This document shows, in pieces, positions 1 through 16,297 of a DNA stretch of 64,000 nucleotides (position 1 is its first letter; each line of letters begins with the position of its first letter). Location of the stretch: contig JBODTK010000129.1 of assembly GCA_050613775.1 (NCBI GenBank), positions 124,001 to 188,000 on the forward strand. Direction: 5' to 3'. The stretch is from Neocallimastix sp. 'constans' (taxonomy: Eukaryota). Position numbers and translations under genes: made by a program. The notes beneath the pieces were generated by a model, which had not been told where the DNA came from, did no database searches, and saw nothing but the letters and a program-made list of their open reading frames with translations.

Positions 1-115
1 AGGATTTAAATATATATAAATATAAACTATTAGTATTAATATTTATAATCTTATAATTTATTTAATTTTCAAATAAATTATTTTTATTGTAATTATTACT
101 AATATATTAATATAT

Positions 116-239
116 TGCTTCAACAACATTAGCTACAGTTAAGCCTAATCTTAGACCACTCTTACGACCATGACCTTGATCACACGAATCTTAGAAGATC
201 CAATATATGCCAAGATAACATCAAATTGAAAATCTTTTC
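116..239 (-). pseudogene. Degenerate fragment resembling the ribosomal protein L7/L12 C-terminal domain
   Basis: Manual translation across two frameshifts: EKI/QFDVILAYIGSSKIRVIKVMVVR/GLRLGLTVANVVEA, resembling the bacterial L7/L12 motif EKTEFDVIL...KIxVIKVVRxxTGLGLxEAKxxVE. GC-richer island in AT desert. Confidence 0.45.
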
Positions 240-604
240 AAATGATATATATAAATTTATTTATTTATAATCATACTTAATTTACAATATATATTATAAA
301 TTTATAATATATATTGTAAATTAAGTATTCAAATTTATTTAAATACAATAATTTTTTTTTTATTAAAATAGTTTCATCATGCTAGTATTATTGAAGACTA
401 TATTGAATTTTTATGTGAAAGATCTCAAAACAATACTTAAAAGCTATTAATCCTTATCTAATAAAAACCTTGGAATTTTGATATTGATAATTGAGGTTAT
501 CTATTAATTAATTTGTAAATTTTATTTAAACTAACTTTATGATATTTAACATGTTTAATATTGGAGTAGATGAATGTAATTTATTTTATTCATTTCCATC
601 CATA

Positions 605-661
<57 letters not shown>

Positions 662-913
662 TTATATAAATAATAATATAATATCACAAAATAAATAGAT
701 AGGGTTTCTGATTCTAATGCAATTGTAAATTTCATATCAAATGATTTTTTAAAATCTAAAGTATTTGTAATAAATTTTATTATGCTTTAGTTAAGAATCA
801 TCTGAATTTTGTCTTGATTTATTCAATGGCATAATTTTAAGAGAAAATTATAAAAAAAATTTTTTTTATGTAATAAATATCAACATAGATATTTTTATTG
901 ATAGTATTTGATA

Positions 914-962
<49 letters not shown>

Positions 963-1119
963 TAAATATGATGAAATGGAATAATAGTGCTAAAAAAAAG
1001 TAATAAGAATATTAAATGAAACTACCACTTCTACTACTTCATCGTTAAAATTAACTGGTGAGGGAAATAAATATATGCTTTAATTTGTTAAAAATTAAAA
1101 TAGATATTAATTTTCCTTT

Positions 1120-1177
<58 letters not shown>

Positions 1178-1744
1178 ATTAATTCATTTAATAAAGAGTA
1201 TAACTGAATCTGAAATTTTTTTTTTGTAAAACCCGAATTTAGATTTAGGCATAATATATATATATATATTAAATATTATTGAAACCTACAAAAGAATCAG
1301 TTATAGGAATACCATTAATTTCTAATGAATTAATTTTAAATGAATTTATTATTGAAAAGAAAAGTGTAAAATTAATATTTTTGATGCATAACTTTATAAC
1401 TTACAACAATTATTATTTAAAATAGTAAATTCAATTTAGTAGTAGTACATAAATAATAATAATATAATAATTCTAATAAATAATATTTATTAATATTAAA
1501 AGTTAACTTTTTAAATATTAAATGATTTTATTATGCTTTAAATTTATTTTATTTTATTATTTACTTGTTTAATTATTTATTTTGTTTATATTTTATTATT
1601 TTATTATTAATTTAAAAAATACAAAATTAAACATATATGTTTATAATATAGGATAAAATAAATATTATTTATGTATTTTTTTAACAAACAGTTTATTTAG
1701 AATATGGTACTTTACTTTTATTTGATTTATTTTTATTATTATTA

Positions 1745-1777
<33 letters not shown>

Positions 1778-2157
1778 ATATTTAATATAATTAAAATTTA
1801 TTATAATATTTAAAGAGATAGATACATGTTTTTTAAAATTAATAATTAATATTTCAATGGATTTTCCATTTTAAAAGTTAATGAAATAATTTAATGAAGA
1901 AAAATTATATTTAAGTGAAGAAATATATTATTGGTATATAAGATGTTATTATTATCATATTTTTAATAATTCATTAACATTTAAATTCTAATTTTTATGT
2001 TATTTTCTATTGGGAATATGCTGATATAATCAAAACCCACATTTCTTATTTAACGCAATAATAAATTTTATTGTTAATATATTTCAGATTATTTGATAAA
2101 AAAAAAATAACATTAATTATATTATATTTCTTTAATTACTGCTTTTAAAGGTCTAAG

Positions 2158-2199
<42 letters not shown>

Positions 2200-3234
2200 A
2201 TAAATTAATATAATTAAAAAAAAAAAAACTTTTGATTAATAGAATGAAGATTTCACTTAAATCACTTTTTTTTTTTTTTTATTTTTATTCTTTTTTTTTT
2301 TTTTTTTTTTTGATTTACTAATACTATTTATTATCCCTTTGAACATCATATCTGTGATAAATAATTGTGCTTCATTTATGATATCTTAATAATTTGAGAT
2401 GGACAAGATCCTTTAAAATGATTTATCAATTTAAATAACTCATTATGCCAAGTATTTTATATAGTAATTTTTATGAAATTTTAAAAGATTAACAGATAAT
2501 TAAAATTATCGAAGATAATAGTTAAGCTCTTATAGTTAATAAAAATAATTAGTTATAGAGAAAACACTGTAATTTAAAACTATGAGGGTCAAGCTATAAA
2601 CCCTTATTAAATTGGGAATTATGATTAAAAGCCAGATAGAATAGGAGAATATTGATAAACTTAAGTAAATATGTTTTTAATTTAATAAATGTAATATATA
2701 TTATATATTATGTGATGTTTTTTATTTTTACAAAGTATGTACGATTGAAAAAAATAAATTATAATATTTCAATATTTGTTTAATTTAAATTTACATAATT
2801 TATAAAGTAAAATTCACATATTAAATATTCCTAAAAAAAAAAAAAAAAAAAAAAAAAAGATAAAAAATAAAAGTAATGATAATTAAAATCATTGTAACTA
2901 TTTTGTTTTTAAAAATTAATACACATGGTCATAAAAAATATTTTAGTAAATATATAGTAAATAATATGATAAAAATTAATTATTTAAATAATAAATATGT
3001 TTTGAAAGTATTATGAATATAGAATAGAATATTCTTTTATATTCTTTTTACAATATAATTAATTAAATTTATTTTTATTATATAATTAAAAATATATATT
3101 AAGAAATATTTTTAAAATATGATATATAGTTATAAATAAAAGTATTATTCTAAGAATAAAATAAAATAGAAAATTCAATTACTATGATCATTTTACTATA
3201 TTTTATTCTCATTAATATATTTTTATATATTATT

Positions 3235-3270
<36 letters not shown>

Positions 3271-3434
3271 TACATTTGTTTTATTCTTTTATACTAAGTA
3301 ATATAATATATTATAATATAGTAATACTGGTAATTTTCAAATTCTACATCAAAGAAGTAATGACTTTCTTAGTATTAAATATTTTTTTAAAAAAAAAAAT
3401 TATTAACTATGTTATTTCTTTACATAACTGATAT

Positions 3435-3474
<40 letters not shown>

Positions 3475-5259
3475 ATATATAATTAGTTTTAATCCATTTT
3501 ATATAAAAAAATTTTTTATAAAGATTTTAATATTTTATATATTTATAGTAAATTACAATTTTCATATATTATGTCTTTTTCAGTATTAAAAAAAAAAAAA
3601 AAAAAAAAACTAAAATTAAAAAAGTACTTTATATGGATATTCATTATAATATAAAATATATATATATTTTATTAATTTATATACATATATTGTTTTTATT
3701 GGAATATTCTATGTACTAAAGATTAATCAATCAAAAATAATTTTTTATTGAAATAATGATGCTAATGATGATACTAATGGTAATAATAATAGCAACAACA
3801 ATAATAATAATGAGAGTAATGATGATAATAATTATATTTATATATATATATTCCATTCTTTTAGATATAGGATATATATGTGTATCACCATTTTATAATT
3901 GTATAATATGAATGATAAACTACTGAAATGATGTTTCTTTAATTAATTAAAATTTCAATATTAATTGTATAAAATAACTACAATATTTTTATATTATAGT
4001 AATATTATTACATTAATATATATTTGGTTGTTTTAATAAATATTTTTTATTAATTTTATTTTATTTATTTATATAAATATTAATATAATATTTAATATTA
4101 CAATAAAATATATAATCATGGTCTGTAATGTGATATAATTTTTCTTATCAAATATATAATTTAAATATATACATTATTTGACAAGGTATGATGAGTAAGA
4201 ATTATTATTCACTATATTTATGCATAAGTAAACATCTATATTTTATAAATTTATATTAATATAAAATATAAAATAATAATTTTAAACAATATTCACTAAA
4301 TATATTTAATATATTAATATTAATTTTAAGAGATATTATTATTTATTATTATGATATTAGTTAAAAATAACTAATATTATTTATATTTATTAATATTATA
4401 TATTTTATATTTATTCTTTATTCTTCATTCTTCATTCTTTATTTATTATTATAATTGTAATTATTTTATATTGATATTTAAAAATTAAAGTTATTTATAT
4501 TTCAAAAAAATTAAGTAATAGTAGTATATTTTTTATTAATAATTGAATTATTAAAGTTATTTACTTGAGGCTAATTTAATTTAAATAAATAAGGATATAA
4601 GCGGATAAGGAAATAAATTACAATATTTGTATCTATAATCAATCTGATCCGCAATGTAATTTTTTTTTAATTAGTAGATTTAAATAAAATTATATCACTA
4701 TTATTTTATTATATATATATATTTTTTAATTTAAATAATAATAAATAACTTTTAAAAAGATTATTAATATATTAATTAAAATTAAAAATTATTTATTAAT
4801 ATATTATAGAATTATATTTATTTAATTCATATTTTATTTATATTAATTTTTTTTTTTTTTTTTAAATATATCATAATAAAAAAAAAAATAATAATAGTAA
4901 ATATAAGACATCAATCTATTTATCACTATTTAATGTAATTAAGTAAAATAGTTTCATTAATTGAAAAATAACTTTATAAAATTTATATAAAAATTTAATA
5001 TTTTAATATTGTATAAATATTATGTCATTTAAAAATTATTAAAAATTAGAAAATGTAAATATTAAAATTTGATATTTATTTATTAATCTTTTATTTTTCA
5101 AATTAAATTAAAATATCTAGTTATAATAGTATTGATGGTGTTGTTAAGCGTTTTTGTTAGTATTATAATATTAGTTATAAATTAAAAATAAAAATTATAA
5201 ATTATAGTATACACTTTTTTAATTGAAAGAATTTCAATGCATTATTTAATAAAATCATA

Positions 5260-5313
<54 letters not shown>

Positions 5314-6408
5314 AGAATAATATGAAAACAAATAAAATTTTTATTACTTTTCTTTGAAATTGATAATAATAATAAAAAAGTTTAAAAATTAATATATATA
5401 TATATTTTTTAGTTCCCAGTTATTAATATTCATAATAAATGAAATATTTATTAGATTTTATTAAATTTTTATGATATAAAATTATTAAATATTCATGAAA
5501 ATTAAAAAATTACCTATTAAAAAGTCTATTTATTATTTTTTAAAGTTTATGATAAAATTAATATGTGTTTTATCATAACACAAAAAATTATGTTATAAAT
5601 GTTTGCTTAATCAATAACTAATTATATTATATTAGATAACATAATGGTAAAATACTTTTATTATCATTTCCCACCTTTTATATATATATATATTTATTAT
5701 ATAAAATCATTTTTAAAAAGAATATTCATAAAATATATATGTAACTTTTTATTTAAAAAATATTTATGAACGAAATAATGTTAATTATTATTCAATTAAA
5801 TATTTAATAAATTTTTGAAATATTTTAATTTGTCTTCATATAAAGAATTTTCTACTACAAAAAATGGTAATAAATTAAATTCTCTTAAAAGAATTTAGTA
5901 TTGATTTAGAATAAATCATTTTATTATTACTTGTTTTTCATTAAATATTAATATACAAATACTTTTATGTAAATTCATGTTTTACTACTTTCTAATTAAA
6001 ATAGTATCAATAATAGTAATAATAATAATAATAATATAAAATATATATTAAAAAATAGAGGAAAACTAAAAAAAAAAGGTTTTAAAATATATTGTCAATA
6101 ATAATAATAATAAAATGGTAGCAATATTTTTTTTTTACAGAAATATTAATATAATGTCAATTCAAATTGTAAAAATACATTATAAATAATATTATTAACT
6201 TGTCTAAAACTATTTTTATCCAAAATCTATTACAAACGGTTAATTTATATTTAACTGTGCCTAATATTTACGTATAATGTATAAATCACATAAATTTAAT
6301 ATAATATAGCATATTTATAATATATACAACTATATTGTTTATTCTAACATTAATATCTAAAAAAAATAGATAATAGAAAATAAAAATCAAACAAACCAAA
6401 CAAAATCA

Positions 6409-6458
<50 letters not shown>

Positions 6459-6792
6459 TTAATCATTTTTCAATAAGATTATAATAAATTATTTTTATTT
6501 TTTAGTCTTTTATTTATTTATTTAATAATACATTTATTTTTTGAGTATCTAATTTTATAAATAAAAATTCAGAAGTTATTCATGTTTCCATTTTTTTGAT
6601 ACATGCTTTCATCTTTCAATATTTTCGTTAATACAATATATAACATAACATTTTAAAAAATTTTTAAATTTCAATTTTTTAAAAATTTAAAATATATGAT
6701 TAAAGTATAATTTAAATTTTCATGTCTTTAAAAAATAATAATAGTAATTATCAAATTAAGGTTCAATTTAAGGTTGATATAATTTAATGCAA

Positions 6793-6874
<82 letters not shown>

Positions 6875-9565
6875 AAAAAATTATATATATCTAATAATAC
6901 AATATATTTATATATAAATTTGTTATTTTTGTTTTAGTATCATTATTTTATAACTATATTAATATTATTATTAATAATTCAGTATTATTAACATTTCAGT
7001 ATTATTATAGTATTTCAGTATTATTAATGTTAATATTTTAATATTATTATTATTAGTATAATTAGTATTTTTGTTTATCACTGAGTTTTAAAAATGTTAA
7101 TAAAATTATAAAATTCTGCTGTTTTTTTAATTATTTATTTTTCACCTATTAAAATTTATTAAAATAGTATTAATATTACTTGTTTAATGATTAATAGATT
7201 TATATATACTTTTTATTTAATTATTAATAAAATTCTATTTAAAATAAAAATATAAATTAAAGTAATAACCTTTATTATAAAAAAAAATCCAAAAATATAA
7301 AAAAAAAAAATTAATCCAAAAAAATATAAAAAGAATAATCTAAATATTTTTAAAGAGAAAAATAATAAAAATTTAAAAATATAGGAATATAAAAAAAAAT
7401 CAATGAATTTCATATATTAAAATATATTATAATACATTTTAAATATAAATGAAAAACAAAATTATCATTAATTGGAGAATGAAATTATTAGTTAATATAT
7501 TACAAGTATTATTATAATATATTTATTCCAAGAAATCAATTTAAAAACATTCATAAAAAATTTATAAATAAAAAAATTAAAATTTGGTGATAATTTTCAA
7601 TTATTATTTGTTGAATACAATTTATTTATTTAATTAGTTTAATTATTAATAAAATATGTTTTTTTAAGTTTTTTATAAATTAAATATATTTTCATTTTTT
7701 AAATTTATTATTATTTAAACTTTTTTATCCTATTCTATATATAGAAAATTTCTATATAAATTTAATTAATTTAAAAAAAAAAGAATAAAATAACAAAAAA
7801 TAATTTTTTTTTTTTAATTAATTAAATTTAATTTTTTTTTTTTTTTGATTTATTAAAGTTTGATATTATATCAAAATTTTTTAATTTTTTAAAAATTTTA
7901 ATTGTTTCATAATAAATAATTTTTTATAATATTTTTGTATTTAAAATTTAATGTATTTGGCAATTTTAAAATGTGTGGTATGATTATTAATATAGAAAAT
8001 CATTAAAATCTTAATTATATATATAAATAATTTTTTTCGATTTTTAATTCTTCTTAAAAGTATCACTTTAAAAAAAATTACCTAAATATCTTTATTTCAA
8101 ATTAAAATAAACCTAAATTTAAATTATTATTTTAACATATTAGAAGAGAATTTCAACAATATAAATATAAAATCTAAATCTAAATTTTAAACCTAAATTG
8201 AAATTTTAAAAAAAATTAAAAATAAAAAAATAAAGTTAAATAAAAAAGAAGAATTTTAATTTTTTTTTTTTTTTTTTTTGAATTACCGATATTGTTCGTT
8301 ATTATATTATTTCAAAACATTTAAATAAATGATACTTTAAAAAAGGTATTTATGAATATTAAATAGTAAAAAAAAATTTTTATTATCAATTGTATATAAA
8401 ATATATAATACTTTTGCTATTAATTCTTTTTTAATATTTTATAGAAATATTAATAAAAAAATTAAAGTTTCAAATTAAACAGTTTAAAGAAAAAAAGATG
8501 AGAAAAGTATTAATATTTATATTTTTCATTAAAGCACATTTATTATAATCTAAAATTATATGAATAAATATTATTATATATATGTTGATTTCAAATAAAG
8601 AACAAATTTTATTATAATTTTATAATATTACTATTTTTAAATTTTTCAAAAAAATGAATAATAAATAAAATTAAAAAAATGGAATGATAGCTTAAAAAAC
8701 TATTATTTATTGGAATTTGATTAAAAAAAATGAAGTATTAATATTTATCTAATACTATATCAAATTAAACTTTATATTAATATTTAATAATCATTTATTT
8801 TTTTTTTTTTAAAAAAAAAAAAAAAGAAAAAAAAAAAATTCAATTAAATAAATAAATTACTCAAAAAATTAATATTTAAATAATATATGAAATTTCTAAA
8901 AATGATAAACATTAATAAATAGTAAATTTTATTTATACAAAAATATAATTAAAATTAAATTTAAAATATATATATATATATTTCCATTAATATTGTTAAG
9001 ATTTTATAATTGATGATTTTTTTATTAGTTTAATAATTAAACTCCGTAATTATCACATTTCAATCATTTCAACTATTTAAATAGAAAAAAAAAAAAAAAA
9101 GATGAAAATAAAATTAAAAGAAAAAATAATAATTAAAAGGTATTTTTAAATTAATAAAATTCGCAGTTCAATATAGGTTATATAACGATTAAAAAATTTT
9201 TAAATTACTGTAATTATAATATAATTGCATAATTCATATAAACATATATTGTTTAAAATAAATAAAAACTTTATTGTATGCAACAATTTAAAAAATTAAT
9301 TAAAAATAAATTTATATTCTATAAAATATCACTTAATTGTCAATTTTTTTTTTAATTGTTATTACTTCATCATTAATATTATTATTAGTCATAATTTTAT
9401 TATTAGTACTGTTAACGTTATAGCAATAATTAGTCATAATTTTATTATCATCACACTGCTAACAACATTATTGTAATTAGTCATAATTTATTTATTAGTA
9501 CTATCAAGGTTATAAGTTTTACTAATATTTTTTTATATTTAATAGACCATCATTTTTCATTATTT

Positions 9566-9820
9566 GTTATTTATTATTTATTATTTAATTATTTATTATT
9601 TATTATTTAATTATTTATTATTTATTATTTATTAATATTATTTATTATTTATTTTTTATTTTTTATTATTTACTATTTAATTAATTTATTATTTATTAGT
9701 CAATTATTTATTATTTATTATTTATTATTTATTATTTATTATTTATTATTTATTATTTATTATTTATTATTTATTATTTATTATTTATTATTTATTATTT
9801 ATTATTTACTTATTTATTAT
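9566..9820 (+). repeat. (TTTATTA)n heptamer tandem repeat
   Basis: Directly visible, near-perfect over about 9705-9820. Confidence 0.85.
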
Positions 9821-9902
9821 TTGTTGATTTTTAATTATTGATTTTAAGTCTTTGATAATATTTTATTTTATTTAATAAAAAAAATTTTATCCGTTTTAAA
9901 GG

Positions 9903-9942
<40 letters not shown>

Positions 9943-11141
9943 AAAATTTGTAAATATTATATAATATATGACGTGTTACATTTGAATAAAATTGATAACA
10001 TCATTTAAATTATTTTGATAACTATAATAATAAAGAAATTATTAAAAAATAAAATTGGATTCATAAATAGAAATATTGAAATAAATTAAAAATGATACAA
10101 TTTCAATTTAATAAGAAAATAAATTTTTTCTTTTTATTATGAAATTAATGAAAAAAAAATTTTTTTTTCTTTTTTAAAATAATTTATTAAAAAAAATATA
10201 TTAATAAAAATTAATATTAAAAAAAAAAGTTATTATTTTTTAAAAATTTTATACTAAATAAAATTTATGTATACAGTAATATATATTATATATTATATTA
10301 ATTTATAATTAAATATATTAGATTTACTTTTACGATTCAATTAGTTTTATTACAATGACACCAATATACATTTAAATATAATACATTTTTGATAACATAA
10401 AATTATATTTGTTAATATATTTAAATATATAAATATAATAAAATATATATAAATATATAAAGTAAAATATATAAAGAAAATCAACTTTTTTAAATAATTT
10501 AAAATAAAAAAAAAATAAAAATAAAAAATATAAAAATAAAAAAAAAATATAAAAAATATAAAAAATATAAAAAATAAAAAAATAAAAAAATAAAACTTTT
10601 AATTTAAAAATATATATATATATGTATATTAATAAAATATAAATACTTTACATATGACATTAAACTCTAAATAAAATATTTTCTTTATTTTTTTTTCTTT
10701 TTGGTTAAATATAAAAATTTTCTAAACTTTAAAATATTATTTATTAATTTTTTTATTTTTTATTTTTTATTTTTTTTTTTTTTTTTTAATTTAATGATAA
10801 ATAATCTTTATTTAAATATTTATGTATTTTGAGTTATTTACATGTTAAATATTAAGCTAAATTATATATGAAGTTTATTTAAAGATAGGAATATTTTATA
10901 GAAAAAAATTTTCTAAAATATAAATTAAGTATGAATAAAAAAAAATTAAATATGAATTAAAAATTTTTAATATGTAATAAACAATTCTTTTTAATAATAA
11001 TTTAAAAAAAAAAAAAATAAAATAAAATTTCTCTTTAATCCCTTTCTTTCTTTTATTGGCCATTAATAAAATAATACCTCCAATACTTCAATTTTTTTTT
11101 AAAATAAATAATCTTATGCCAAAATCATAGATATATATTAC

Positions 11142-11429
11142 TTAATTCCATCCTAAAATATACTTTAATCTAGCCTTATCATCATTAGTTCCATTATTTG
11201 AATCATTTATTGATTGAGATGATTTAAAATTATTATTAATATTAATACTACTATTACTATTACTATTTGAACTCATTGATGATGGCGTAGTATAAACAGA
11301 TTGTGGTGTTTGCATATGATTTTGATTTTGGTTTTGATCAGAATGGAAATTACTATTAGTATTATTAGTATTAAACGACTGATTTGTTGTTATGGGATTA
11401 TTATTTATAAAATTTGGAGATATTAGTAA

Positions 11430-11474
<45 letters not shown>

Positions 11475-11770
11475 GTTATTCATTGGTAATTGTGAAATTT
11501 CTTGCTGGTTGTTATTAAAATTATTTTGATAATTATAATTATTTCCAATATTATTATTAATATTAGAATTAGTATATAAACCATTATTATTATTATTGGT
11601 ATTATTGGTACTCATAATCATAGATGGGATTCCATTAAAATTACTCATAGGAACATTTTGGGTTTGTTGCTGAGGTTGCTGAAAAGGTTGATTAAAATTG
11701 CTATAATTTCCTTGATTATTAACATTTGCATTACTACTTTGATTTTGATATTGATTATTAACATTGCTCA

Positions 11771-11801
<31 letters not shown>

Positions 11802-11871
11802 GTTATTAAAGTTATTTTGCATTGGTTTTTGTTGTTGTTGAGGTGGTAGTTGATTATTGAAGTAAGTTTGA

Positions 11872-11924
<53 letters not shown>

Positions 11925-12034
11925 AACATTATTACCAATGTTATTAATGAAATTTGGACTATTTGGTGGGGAATTAACTTGAGAAATTGGGGTTAAACCA
12001 TTATTTTGGGAATATTGTGGATTACCATTGTTTC

Positions 12035-12091
<57 letters not shown>

Positions 12092-12824
12092 AATTAATGT
12101 TGTTATTGTTGTTCATTGGAACACTTTGATTATTATTATTGTTGTTGTTGTTGTTATTTATAAAATACAAGGATGACTGACTATTATTCATATTTTGATT
12201 TGATGGTGGTAATATTTGTGGTTGTGAATAATTTTGGTTCGTAGAACCTTGCATTGGAGGAACTTGATTAGTATTAAAATTATTTGATTGTGGTTGTGGG
12301 AAGTAATTTTGTTGATTATTATTGTTATTATTATTACTATTATTAAAGTTATTAGTATTAGTATTATTACTACCATAACTATTAGTACAATATGGTTCTT
12401 GTTTAATTGGTGTATAATTTATTCCTTGACTATTATTATTCATTCCTATAGCATTATTAGTATTATTATTATTAAAATTGGTATTGATGTTAGTTGGAAA
12501 GAATCTTCCATTATTATTGTTGTTATAATTCATTGATTGATTTTGATTATAATTAAAGTTATGATTACAATTCATATTATTGTTATTGAAATTATTATTA
12601 TTCATATTATTCATATTATTATTGTTATTATAATAATTTTGATTATTATAATTATTATTATTTGGATAATTCATATTCATATTATTTCCATTATTAAATG
12701 CATTATTATTATTATTATTATTATATTGTGATGAACAATTCCAATTACCATTTCTAACATTACATATATATTCTGGTGGTGGAGTTGGTGGTTCAATCTT
12801 AACATCATTTGTAGTAATTCGTTG

Positions 12825-12868
<44 letters not shown>

Positions 12869-13786
12869 ATTGTGAGTTTCCATTGATATTTGCACTATTT
12901 GGTTGAGAACCAGTTAAAAGAAAACCACTATTTGGCTTTAATAAAGACTCTGATAATTCTAAATCCGCTGTTATAGATTTATTAATTCTTCTACTGAAAA
13001 GCTTACTTTCTTTTTCATGTTTTGGCTTAGATGTATCATGATTACGTTTAGAGTTTATCTTTCTTTTGGAAGTTTCTGATATATTATTAATATTTTTAAT
13101 AGAATTTTCTATTTCTGTAAGAGCAGAGGAAGTTATTGGATTTGTACAAGATAAAGCTGGTATTGGAAGAGTTGTCTTTTTCTTGTATGTTCTAACTTTT
13201 CTTCCTCCATTTTCCGGAACTTTTGGAACAATTTTCCCTGAACTAACTAATTCATTCCAAACTTTAGTAATTAAGCCACTATTAATAGAAGTAAGTTTAT
13301 TTTGAGCTTTATCTAATACAGACTGCCATAATAATACCATATCATCATGAGTCTTAGCATAATGTTTAAGAGTTCTACATAATAATTCATGTCTTGGAGT
13401 AAATGAAAAATCCTTTAATTGTCTTAAAACATCTGCAGCATCTAAAAAACGGTATACCTCTATTAAATTGTTATATTTATATATATTAATAATTTTTTAT
13501 TCAGTTATTTACTTATTATTTACATATATATATTTAACTTACGAGCTCTAGAAATATTCCATTTCTTTCTGAAATATTCTTCAACTGTAAGATTTGCAGC
13601 CCTGTATAGTTTTCTAGAAACAATTGTTTGTACACCAAAGGCAGTTTTCTTAAATCTCTCTTGCTTCTTTTGATATAAATATTCTTCCCTATTTTATATA
13701 AATTATAATATGAAGAAAAAGAACTTAATATTGGAATATTTCTTTTTATTTCTCACCTTGTTGAAAATATTCTTATTTATTCCATA

Positions 13787-13818
<32 letters not shown>

Positions 13819-13964
13819 GAAATTAACCTAATAAGAAAGAATATCCATATTTACCTTATAATGCTATCACTTTTTAAATCTATACTTTCTTCAGCAGCCT
13901 TTAATTCTAAAGCTTGAGCTGAATACGAATCATATCCTTCTGTACTAATATCATTATTTTTCAT
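11142..13964 (-). CDS. Three-exon gene (13964-13855, 13688-13543, 13459-11142), about 857 aa. N-terminal helical, putative DNA-binding domain followed by a long Asn/Gln-rich low-complexity region; probable transcription regulator
   Basis: The 732-aa ORF extends upstream through two GT-AG introns with matching phase: MKNNDISTEG...SIIR|EEYLYQKKQERFKKTAFGVQTIVSRKLYRAANLTVEEYFRKKWNISRAQ|VYRFLDAADVLRQLKDF... Function is inferred. Confidence 0.85.
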
Positions 13965-16254
13965 CTTTAATACATTGATTTATATTAAAACAATATTTAT
14001 ATTATTTCTTTTAATCTTAATTTAAATATAGTAACTCCAAAAAAATATATATTTAATTGATTGACATCCAAAAAAAAAAATAAATAATTATTTGTATTAT
14101 AATAATAATTTTATTGATATTTTATTCTATTGATTTTTTTTTAGCAAAATAAAATTTATTTTTTATATTTTTTTACAGTAACTTATTAGTTTTATAAAAT
14201 AATTTTATCATATAGATTTAAATAAACAATAAATTTTTAAAATTTACCAAAAAAAAAAAAATAAAAAAAAAAAAAAAATTTGTAAAATTTCTCAACTTTT
14301 ATATATTTATGAAATAATAATAAAAATGAAAAAATATATAGTATATATATTTTAACATTATATTAAGTTTTTTATATGATTTAAAACTCAATAAAAAAAA
14401 AAGTAAAATATATATTATTATATTGTAATTAATAATGATTAATATATTATGATATTATTAATATATTTATTCCTAATTTATTCCTATATTGCTTAATTTC
14501 AATAATTTCAATACCATAATGATTTATTTTATAATATATAAGCAATTAATAAATTATATAATATATAATTTATATTATAATATATTGAATTAATATAAAT
14601 ATATATAATATAATAAAAATGTAAAATTTTCAAAATTTTGTTTGTTATATTGATATATATCAATATATAGTAATATATTAAAAAAATTTAATATATATTA
14701 AGTTTAAATATAATAGAATATTGTATTGAATTTTAATTATTATTTTTATAATAAACTTTAATAATTAATTATTTATCTAATAAAAACACTATTAATTATA
14801 TTATTTATTAGCATTATCCAAAAAAAAAAAAAAAATAAAAAAAAAAATAAAATAAAAATAAAAAAATTAAAATGTTTAATTCAATTTTTTAACAATACTT
14901 ATAATAAATGTTGAATATTGGATAAAAGTGTCTTTTTTTATATATTACTAATAAAAAGGATTACATTTTAATTTATTGGCAGTTATATAATAAATTTAAA
15001 ATGGAAAAAAATAAATTAATTAAATTACTTATATGCAAGTATAAAAATAAATAAATTTTACACAAAACAAAGTTTAATAAAATACAATTAATTATGATAT
15101 AAAAAAAAAAATAATTATAAAAATAAATTAATATAAAAATTGTGAGAGTTTTAACTTTAATTATATATATAAAACAGAGAAATAAAACCTCTTTATAATA
15201 TATAAATATTATATTGATATTATATTATTTCAACCTTTATTTTAAAATTAATAACCAAAAAATTATTATATAATTACACTCAATAAATATGTTATTTTTA
15301 TATTGTATAATTAATTATATAAAATAAGATTATATTAATTTTATATATTAAATATACTATCGTATATAATATTATCTTCTTAAAATAATTTATATAATCA
15401 AAAAATAAATAAATAAATAAATAAATAAATAAAATGGTCTATTTATTATAATTGATTATTTTTATATTACTAAATATATTTAATTAAAATAATTTATATA
15501 TCAAAAAAATATTAAAAAAAATATTTAGAAAATAAGTTTTTAAAAATTTTTTATATAAATAATTTTAAAAAAAAAATATACAGAATCATATTATTTTTGA
15601 ATATAATATGCAAAAAAAAAAAAAAAATTATATATATATATAAATAAAAAATAAAATGAATAATTAAACTTTTAATTAATTTATTATAACAAGAAATATG
15701 TTTAATATTTATATTCTTAAAATTTTAAAATATTTATATATATACCTACATTTATATAGGCATAATAAAATATTTATTTAATAATATTTAATAATAATAA
15801 ATTCTATAATTATTTTTAATTAAATATAATAATAAAAAGATAATTGTTTTTAATAAATATTATAGGTAATTGTAATTTTCAAAAATTTACTCTTATAGAT
15901 ATTTTTTTAATATTTTTATTATATATATTAAATATGATAAGCTTGTTATAATAATATTACTTTAATTATATCATTACATTAATAATATTTTCTTCATCTT
16001 AATTGATATAAATAATAAAATATATACTTCATAAAAATTATAAAACCTCTCTAATAAATATCAGGGAGAAATATAATTTATTTATATGTAATAAAATGAA
16101 ACATATCATTTCGTACCTAAATTATTATTATTATTATTATTATCAAAATAAACAGTTCATGAAAGAAAAAGAAAATTATATTAAACTAAATTAATAATAA
16201 CTTCGCTGTGAAAAAAAAAAATAAAAATTAAAAATAAAAATTTTTTATTTCATT

Positions 16255-16297
<43 letters not shown>

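Noticed and set aside
373..2660. Slightly GC-richer patches (about 373-500, 1020-1430, 2330-2660) that may be decayed coding sequence
   Set aside because: Multiple stops and no recognisable motif; cannot be assigned without a search.
4601..4652. Isolated GCGGAT...ATCCGC inverted pair in intergenic DNA
   Set aside because: Only 6 bp with no second copy or other support.
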